Positions 55,406 through 64,000 of a DNA stretch of 64,000 bases are shown here, one piece after another. How positions within the stretch are numbered: the first letter of the stretch is position 1; every line of letters begins with the position of its first letter. Origin of the DNA: Octopus vulgaris (taxonomy: Eukaryota); contig OX597816.1 in the NCBI GenBank assembly GCA_951406725.2, positions 20,150,001 through 20,214,000 of the forward strand, in the 5' to 3' direction. Under the pieces are notes generated by a model, which saw only the letters and a program-made list of their open reading frames with translations, searched no databases and was not told the DNA's origin. Position numbers and translations under genes: made by a program.

Positions 55406-55504
55406 AAAAAAAATAGACACACATACACAAACACACAAACACTCACACACACACAAACACACAAACACACAAACTCACACACATACGCACAAGGCACACA
55501 CACA

Positions 55505-55772
55505 GAGGCGCGGGGCTTAGTGGTTAGAGCATTCAGCTTACGATCGTAAGTTCGTGAGTTCAATTCCCGGTGACGCGTTGTGTCCTTGAGCAAGACACTT
55601 TATTTCACGTTGCTCCAGTTCACTCACCTGGCAAAATTGACTGGTTCCTGTATTGCAAAGGGGCCAGCGTGTCTGTGGAGTGCTCAACCACTCTCACGCT
55701 AATTTCTCGAGCAAGCTATTACGTTGATCGTATCAGGTGGGACGCTCTCGTCGGCGTAACCAACGAAGTGCT
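55505..55772 (+). mobile_element. SINE, head D with tail C
   Basis: Homologous to 6590-6822. Confidence 0.85.
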
Positions 55773-55824
55773 CCTTCCTTCTTTATATATGTGTGTGTAT
55801 GTGTGAGTATGTGTATACATATAT

Positions 55825-55877
<53 letters not shown>

Positions 55878-55929
55878 CACATACACACCCTTACGCCCAC
55901 CACACACACACACACACATATATATATAT

Positions 55930-56144
55930 TCAACATGTGATCTCTTGAGCACCACCAGCTCAAATAGTTTTTCCTCTGTCTTCCCTTCTTGGGATCTTTC
56001 CCTCTCCTTGTTTCCGACGAAGAGCTCCGCTCGAAACGTTAAACCCTCCTTCCCTTCTTTCCTGAGCGTCAATAGTACTTTAATTGTTCCACGTCCTGCG
56101 TTGCTGTGTTTTTTTCTCTCTTTTTCTGTGTTTTCTTGTTTGGA

Positions 56145-56150
<6 letters not shown>
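55930..56150 (+). mobile_element. Penelope-like terminal fragment H1 with hammerhead at 56010-56044
   Basis: GUUU CCGACGA A GAGC UCC GCUC GAAAC GUU AAAC; between (TA)n tracts. Confidence 0.7.
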
Positions 56151-56176
<26 letters not shown>

Positions 56177-56242
56177 CTTATCTAAGCAATTATTGTTAAG
56201 CTGTGCCGATTTTACACTTCTGTAAGTAATAATGATATTTGA

Positions 56243-56471
56243 TAAGCTTAAAGCTTATAAGCGATACCAGTGCATTTACTATGGTTAGATAGTCTAATAT
56301 TGGTACATATATACCCCTGACGGAACAAAGTTGGGTTTTCCATAAGCATGGGCGTCCATGCGTTCGGCAAATCCACGTAAACACTTTTTTTCCGTCGAGG
56401 TCTTATATGCCGCAATATTAGACTATTCGCCTTAGTCAATGCACTGTGTTCGCTTATAGGCTGTAAGGTTA
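56243..56471. mobile_element. Palindromic MITE-like element
   Basis: Imperfect arms of about 88 bp (ATAAGCGA..CAGTGCATT..TAGTCTAATATTG) and central hairpin GCATGGGCGTCCATGC. Confidence 0.75.
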
Positions 56472-56481
56472 TAAAACATTT

Positions 56482-56526
<45 letters not shown>

Positions 56527-56586
56527 ATGCAATACGAGAGTATTGCTTTCCAGTAAAGAATAGCCCGTGAGGGAAAAATATACAAA

Positions 56587-56980
56587 GAAGTAAATATATG
56601 GCACAACGAAGTACCGATATTTACTGGAAATAGCGAACGTAATAATACGACGCTAATGTATAGCTTCACCGCGTATGTACTAGCAAAAATGCGTGTGTGC
56701 AACAAACTAGAAAAAATTGTCTTACCTCCAGGGAGAACATCTGAAAGATGAAATACCTGGAAAAGGATAATGTGGGACCTGCGCAGGTTTCAGATTTTTC
56801 AAGATATGTCTGCCACCCATAAACTTGAACTATTTTCATCAGCCAAACATATACCACGACAACCTTTCAGATGTTACGACATTTTGCTAGTACATACGCG
56901 GTGAAGCTATACATTAGCGTCGTATTATTACTTCGCTATTTCCAGTAAATATCGGTACTTCGTTGTGCCATATATTTACT

Positions 56981-56982
<2 letters not shown>
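56587..56982. mobile_element. Fold-back element (about 105-bp arms) with a hammerhead in the spacer (56770-56850, minus strand)
   Basis: Arms 56587-56691 and 56880-56982; UGG CUGAUGA...GAAA CCUGCGCAGG UC CCA. Confidence 0.85.
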
Positions 56983-57075
<93 letters not shown>

Positions 57076-57079
57076 TGTC

Positions 57080-57117
<38 letters not shown>

Positions 57118-57751
57118 AGACACACATATGTATACAAATATTTAGGTATGAACACATGTATGCATGCATATGTTTTGCATACAATGTATTTAAATCCTTT
57201 TTAGTTGCGACTCCCACAAACAAAATTCTTTTTTTTTCTTTGGCAAATCCTAGCGTTAGGCACTTTTATTCAGTCATTGTTATAATATATTCTTTATGTT
57301 TCGAATACAGTTTAGAATTCGCTAAGTTATATGTAGTTGAAAATCCCTATAAAAATCTAAATAGAAAATAATAAAATGATAATGTAGTGATGTAAAGAAC
57401 TTGCGTATTTGTAATGACAATATATTTCGCAAACCAAGCAGAAATACAAATCAATGTTTGTTACCTTCGCCTACAGGACAAAATGGTAATATAATTTTTA
57501 TCCAGAGTAGGCATAATAGTCCTATAAACCTGAAAATGTTTTCAAATGTAAGCCACGTATGTATGCAAATAAATGCAGCGAATTTTACAAACCTGGTATA
57601 TCTTTTTACTTGTTTCTTGCAAAAGTACAAAATACGTTTAAGAAGAATAACACAATACAACATTATATAAAGGACAAGCGTTACAATCCTTGCTAAAAAT
57701 TTTTAAAATAGGCTTGGCTACATTGCTAAATTTCGACTCGGTATATTCATG

Positions 57752-58000
57752 ATGTGGAGGCGTGTGGATTAATGATTAGGGTGTCAGTATCAGGATCGTA
57801 AGATTCTGGTTTTGATTCATGGACCGGGCGACGCGCTGTGTTCTTGAGCAAAACACTTCATTTCATGTTGCTCCAGTCCACTCAGCTGGCAAAAATGAGT
57901 AACGCTGCGATGGACTGGCGTCCCGTCCAGCTGGAGAATACATACGCCATTGAAACCGGGGAACCGGACCCAAGAGTCTGGCTAGGCTTTAAAAGAGCGC
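57752..58000 (+). mobile_element. SINE, head D with tail E
   Basis: Homologous to 28951-29216. Confidence 0.9.
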
Positions 58001-58694
58001 AAAAATATATATTTCATGTTACTATTTTAACTAATTCCATGTTTAAACTAGTTCATCTTTCGAAGAGAGGATTAGTTCCCATAGAAAAATTATTTTCATT
58101 TTTATTAATTAATAATTAAACTAGCCAGCGATTCACCGTTATAGAATAGCAGTACGTCGGAAATCGAGTGTTTTGATAGTTCAGATTGTAAGCGTTAAGT
58201 TGATAGTACACGTTTGAATTCTTTCATAGCATCTTTTCTTATGATGATTAGAAATTTACTACTTTGTAATTCATTTAGTAACATTAATAATTTATAAAGT
58301 TATAATGAATCTGCAAAATAGAAATTATTCTGCACAATGGCGACTGACCTTACAATGAGGTCACTCGAAGTTGCATAATCCAGAGTCCGAGAATAAGTAA
58401 ATATTATTTGCTAGAGATTTCAGAGAGATAACATTGCCTCTCTGAAATGATCTCATCGGAGAAAGATTCAAGAAGTGGGTATACTTTATATTGTTTAAAA
58501 CTTATAGTCAACAGCAGAGGAAAATTGTCAATTTCCAGGCCATGAGACGAAACTTAATAGCAATATCTTCCTTATAGAAGCAACAATGCTCGTAAATATA
58601 AATAAACTTTCCAATCTTGTTAACTTAGTAACAATTGATTATTTTTAGTGAAACCGAAAATTTTATTAGAAAGAAATACATATATTATTCAGTA

Positions 58695-58909
58695 CAAGCT
58701 GGTACTGAAAAGTTCTTTGTTTTATGTACACAAAAATAATGGGGCACCAGTTTATTATGATTTTATTCAGCATATTCCCCTCTCAGCTTCACCCATTTAT
58801 TGCAAAGGTCCTTCATATTTTAATCCCTGTAAAAGAACTCGGAAGTTTGAGCCTCTAAGCAGGCCATTCGCAAGAGCCTTAAAGCCAGAACCTTTTTACC
58901 AACCTCTCG
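58695..58909 (-). mobile_element. Mariner-derived MITE
   Basis: Same TIRs and TTATGATTTTATTCA.CAT.TCC body as 50103-50292. Confidence 0.6.
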
Positions 58910-59677
58910 TATCCTTTACCAGAGAATAGTTTCAATGGATGTTACTGCAATGATTACAATAACGTATAGATACGCATACAATATAAACACAAGCAAAGAC
59001 TAATTACTAAATATGTTAATGATAAACAATTGATTATTAATGAATTTGATGAGATTTTGAAATATAAAGTATTATTCCATATTCTTGTGGTTTCTGGATT
59101 CGTGGTCAAGTTAAGTTTTGAAGGAACAGTCTTTAGGTCTACGTATCTCCGAGTAGCTATTTAACAATGGTGTCGTTAGCATTACATGTAATGCTCTATA
59201 TATGCTATACATGTATGTAATGCTACATATATATATATATAGATATCTTAGGTTTTTAAAGAATTCTTCACTCTATGTTAAAATACGTTACATATTTCAA
59301 GTTCAAAATATATCCAGAATAGCAATTTTTCAATTGATTTGCTAATATATGTATGTGTGATTGATAGGATGTAATTTAAAAGCGGCAAATGTTAGGCCTA
59401 TATAATTGAAAAAGAAATTATAAGTTTCCAAGTAATATTTATGGATGACAATGTATGGGATTATTTTAGAGAGGATGCAATTGCGGTTTGTATATTAATT
59501 TTGGGATACCTTAAAACTCACACAAGTATCATTTATCCCTCAGTATTTAGCTACAATTTGTGTTTTTTAACAAAGAATATGAACCTATACTGGCATCAAA
59601 TGCCATTATATACCTTGTTTGCATTTGTTCAAAAATTGCCGTCGCCTCATTCTCTTACCTCATCTCTCTCCCTCCCC

Positions 59678-59732
<55 letters not shown>

Positions 59733-60097
59733 GGAAGGTTTAATGCTTTCATTTTCGCTTAAACACGTAAAATAACTTCCAATATATTCCTGCAGTCGAG
59801 AATGAGAAAGGTATCCAGTGGGTAATTCTGTGTCGGAGAAAGAAATTGTCCTATATACTTTCTCCATAAAAACACTTCTAGTCGAAATTCACTTCGACGT
59901 GATTTCATCAACCCAACTGTGAACATTGCTTCCTTCATTACAAGCTTGCCCGAAACCTGTGTTCCTGTAAAGAAAACAGAAACTAATATTTATATATATA
60001 TATATATATATATATACCGGTATATACTGAAGCTTACCAAGCTGTAGCGAGTGCCTTTTTATTTCCAACGTTCAAAATTCTTTATAAATAAACGTAG

Positions 60098-60130
<33 letters not shown>

Positions 60131-60136
<6 letters not shown>

Positions 60137-61223
60137 GATGGAACAATTAAGAAATAGCAAATCCGAGAATAATCAAGGAAGCCTAAGAATTCATATCTTA
60201 GATGCAGTTGGCTAAGAAACGAGAAAATTAAGAGAACATTTATTTTCTTTAAATATATTTTAATTAATGTGTTAAACAGTGCAGTACTGTACTCCATAGA
60301 GTCTTAGCTAACTTAGCCAACACATATATACTCACGCACAGGTACAAATATATGTATATATATTGGGTTGGTGCATAGTTATTGCGGCTTTTTTCAACAA
60401 ATTTTAATGAGCAAAAGCAATAACAATATTCAATAAAAACATCTTTAAATGATGGTCTGACTGTCTGCCAAGCATACGGGAAGCAGTAACAGAAGTAGAT
60501 GGTGAATATGCTCCGGAATAATCATTTAAAGATAGTTTTTGTTGCATGTTGTTATTGTTTGGGTTGAATAAAATTTGTTGGAGAAAAAACCGCAATAATT
60601 ATGGACCAACCTAATATATACATATAGTTGTACCTGTGCGTGAATGTGTATGTATGTGTAATTTTGCAAATGCGTGTGAATACTTATGCGTATAAATACA
60701 TACATACATACATATATACATACATACATACATGCATACATACATACATACATACATACATACATACATACATGCATGCATACATACATACATACATACA
60801 TACATACATACATACATACATACATACATACAATAATTATTCGTCATATCGCGGTCCACCAATAACGCACTTAATACATAGCGGTTCACCTATCGCGCGC
60901 ACAGTATTTCGCGGATTCTTCTGGCTAATATATGTAAATTTGTATATCGCCGCTTTCTGTGACCGATAGGTTTTTATATTTTTTTTAGATTTTAATTACT
61001 TCTGTGATAAAATAAACATTTTCACACCTAAAAATGAAAAAATCAATAGCTAAATATAGAGTACAGTAGTGCACTGTATAACACATTAATTAAAATATAT
61101 TTAAAGAAAATACATTTTCTTTTAATTTTCCCGTTTCTTGGCCAATTGTAACTAAGATATGAATTCTTAGAATTTCTCCATTATTTCTCAGCTTTGCTAT
61201 TTCTTAATTGTTCCATCATTATA
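60131..61223. repeat. Diverged inverted repeat (about 165-bp arms) enclosing later insertions
   Basis: 60131-60297 pairs with 61057-61223. Confidence 0.85.
60363..60614 (+). mobile_element. Hsmar1/cecropia-like mariner MITE
   Basis: TIR TT(G/A)GGTTGGT(G/C)CATA.TTATTGCGG resembling MADE1, TA TSD, residual LPSIREAVTEVDGEYAPE*. Confidence 0.8.
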
Positions 61224-61710
61224 ATATATTTAGAAACTTTAACTACTTTTCTCAAATTACTCTCAAAATATATATTCTAAAGAGCTGTTCTAATTACGTT
61301 TGCCTCATACTTTAATAAAAAGAATCAACTAAATTTCTTGAGCTTCAAAATTAACCATTAAATATTTACAAACCTTATATAGCTTCATTTGCATATGTTT
61401 CAATGTTTAGCTCTCAATAATCTACTTAATTTACCTTAAAATATTCACACACCAATATATAGAAGCAGGTTTTTTCACATTTATTTTTATTTAGCTTAGC
61501 AATTCATATACACAAACCTTTACTTATATCCGGGAATTTAGAAATATGAGTTCTAAAAGTAGGTGAAATATAAAACATAATTTTCCCTCTAGCTGAATAA
61601 ATTAAGTTACGAACACTAATTTACCAAACAAAATATCTAACACACTACGAATACTTTTGTTTAGTATCATCATCATCATCATTATTATTATTATTATTAC
61701 TATTATTATT

Positions 61711-62255
61711 GAGTGAGAGAGCAGTGCATGCCATGAAAGTGACACTGGGGTAAAATATACTAAGCCTAGTATACCCATCATGACTACCCGTCTGATAAGG
61801 GCAAACCAGGCACATGCATCACAACCATATGTGCGCGACATGGTGATCTCATATGAAGATAAACAGCACATGACCTTGCAGGTGGGGCCCAGTTAGAATT
61901 TTCCTCTGGTCGAGTAACCCATCCCACTCAAAGGTCCCTGAATAAGGGTTGTTTAAGGATGTTGAAAGAACCACCCATGTTTCCAGAGGGGAATTATTCA
62001 AACCCCAAAGAATCCCTCTCAACACATGGCTATGATGCTCCCCCACTACTTTTGCTCGTGATCAGAGATGCACATATCGTCAGGGTCATGCTCAACTGGT
62101 TAAGGTCAAACAACTGACATTCAAATCTATGGTATTGAGCAGAATATTTGCTGTAGCCCATCTTTTATACCAAGACAAAACAATGTACATGATAACACTT
62201 CCAATCAGTTAAGATCAGAAGCCATGAGAGCCATTGCCTGGTACTGCATCAGGGC

Positions 62256-62257
<2 letters not shown>
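61711..62257. mobile_element. 547-bp non-coding repeat flanked by (TTA)n on both sides
   Basis: Homologous pieces at 24222-24620 and 24771-24867 also abut TAA repeats. Confidence 0.75.
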
Positions 62258-62319
<62 letters not shown>

Positions 62320-62322
<3 letters not shown>

Positions 62323-62761
62323 TAGTTTTATTTTTTATAGCGTGCTTTCACTTCACTACCGAGCGCAGCTCTGTGTGCCTTGGGTATGTGCTGTGATTTG
62401 TTGTGATGCTCTGATGGTTATTGCATGGAAAGTGTTCTGCGTAGGATGTGTGCAGTGCCTAGTAGTGCAATTTTCTGTATGTTATATGTGTTTGTAAGTC
62501 CTGGTGCTTTTGTTATGTATTTGTCTGAATATTTTTTTATCATGCCTAATGCACCTACTATGATAGGAATTGTTTCTGATTTTAGATTCCACATTCTGGT
62601 TACCTCTATTTCCAGGTCTTTGTATTTTGAAAGTTTCTTCATTTCTTTTAGAGACACGTTGTGATCAGCCGGTATTGATACATCAATTAGAAAGCATTTT
62701 TTTTCTTCATGATCTTTGACAACTATATCTGGTCTGTTGGCCTTAATTTCTCTATCTGTGT

Positions 62762-62763
<2 letters not shown>
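62320..62763 (-). mobile_element. 5'-truncated R4/Dong-like LINE (RLE endonuclease plus 3' UTR) in (TAA)n
   Basis: TDREIKANRPDIVV...LIDVSIP...KLSKYKDLEIE...IPIIVGALG; (TAA)n on both sides. Confidence 0.9.
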
Positions 62764-62811
<48 letters not shown>

Positions 62812-62821
62812 GTTATTATTA

Positions 62822-62874
<53 letters not shown>

Positions 62875-62879
62875 GGTTT

Positions 62880-64000
62880 TCTTGTCTTCCTCCCCAAGCG
62901 TTAGTGTTCTGAAAGATTCCTATTAATGGTGTTAAAACTGTACTGGACAACTGAAGTGCCAGGCTTTTAATGGCTTCGAGTTGAGTTCAATTTTTAGTAA
63001 TACTCCTTTCGTAATTTTCCTTCATAGTAGCGTGTTGTATACCATCTCCTTCGTAATTACAGCTTTCTTGTGGGTCAAGCTCCTTGCTGGTAGCGTCAGT
63101 ATTTGATTTAATGGAAGCTTTTTGCTTCAGCATTCCCCTTATAAAAGTTGCTTTTGTACACTTTTCAAGACCATATTCTGCCCCAATATCATTGCTGAAC
63201 TCTTCAAAAATTGTTAGCAGCCCTACTAGCTCTTCGTCATTTCTAGCAAACATCTTCAGATCGTCCATATAAAACAGATGATTTGCTATGTTACTATACA
63301 TTTTGAACCCATGCCTGGTGTTACACAGTTCATTTTAGAGTGGGATAAGTGCCATGCAAAAGAGTAATGGGGAGAACGAGTCACCTTGAAAGATACTTCG
63401 TTTGATGTTGATGTTGTTAGATTGGATTATCCTATTACTATGGTATAGAAGGTGACGCGTAATTGACTTCTTACTGTCTAAGAATTTGGTGTCGGCCGTA
63501 AAGATCTTGAATATCTCAATGTCCTGGAATAGCCAAATATGTGGGGCGTTATCAAACCTTTTCCTGTTGTCTGTCCATGCCATACTCCGGCAATTCTGTA
63601 CAATCATTTCGTTTATGAGTAATTGATCTTTGCATACATAAGAATTCATTTTACAACCTTTTCGACCTCGTGGAAGAATAGAGTTCAGCTCCTGGAAAGT
63701 ATATATTCTTTCAGAGAGTAAGGATTTGAAAATCTCGTTGGTGGTATTGAGACATGGTCGATAGTTCTTTGAATTTTTCTTGTCTTCAGTTTTTGGTAGA
63801 AGGTATGTTGTTCAGCCAGGGAGGTAATTGCTCTGGGTTCTGGATGACATCATTTAGGGATGCAGCAAAACTTTGGTGTACTTCTGTCGAACAATTCAGC
63901 CAGAAGTTATGGATCCAGTCCAGTCCTGGGGTTCTCCATGTCTGAGAATTTCTAAGGACGCATCTTAACTCTACGATTCTTTTCGCCTTCCATTTTTTGC
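62880..64000 (-). pseudogene. Older R4/Dong-like LINE reverse transcriptase with frameshifts, running off the window
   Basis: CKDQLLIN, IFQGDSFSPLLFCMALIPL and NHLFYMDDLKMFA...GLEKC motifs. Confidence 0.9.

Noticed and set aside
58648-58929. 93-aa ORF after an AG acceptor-like site
   Set aside because: It lies almost entirely within a mariner-derived MITE.

Overview
AT-rich, repeat-saturated non-coding animal DNA. The SINE set and the dense (TA)n/(CA)n/(TATC)n/(TAA)n tracts resemble an octopod cephalopod genome (inference). I found no intact host gene; most of the longer ORFs in the track are microsatellite translations. Recognisable content: more than 25 tRNA-derived SINE copies with interchangeable heads and tails, three non-autonomous Helitrons, five Tc1/mariner derivatives (DD41D, mariner, MITEs), R4/Dong-like LINE pieces sitting in (TAA)n, RTE pieces including a 361-bp bipartite element with a TSD, a 172-bp mini-LTR element with a tRNA-Ser PBS, and a Penelope-like GIY-YIG remnant. 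The most notable signal is a dispersed set of about 14 minimal type-I hammerhead ribozyme motifs with palindromic helix III. They lie in short, mostly (TA)n-associated, sometimes fold-back Penelope-like elements and include C3-G8, U3-A8 and A3-U8 core variants and a family-wide A6U variant. All calls are by eye; no searches or folding programs were run.
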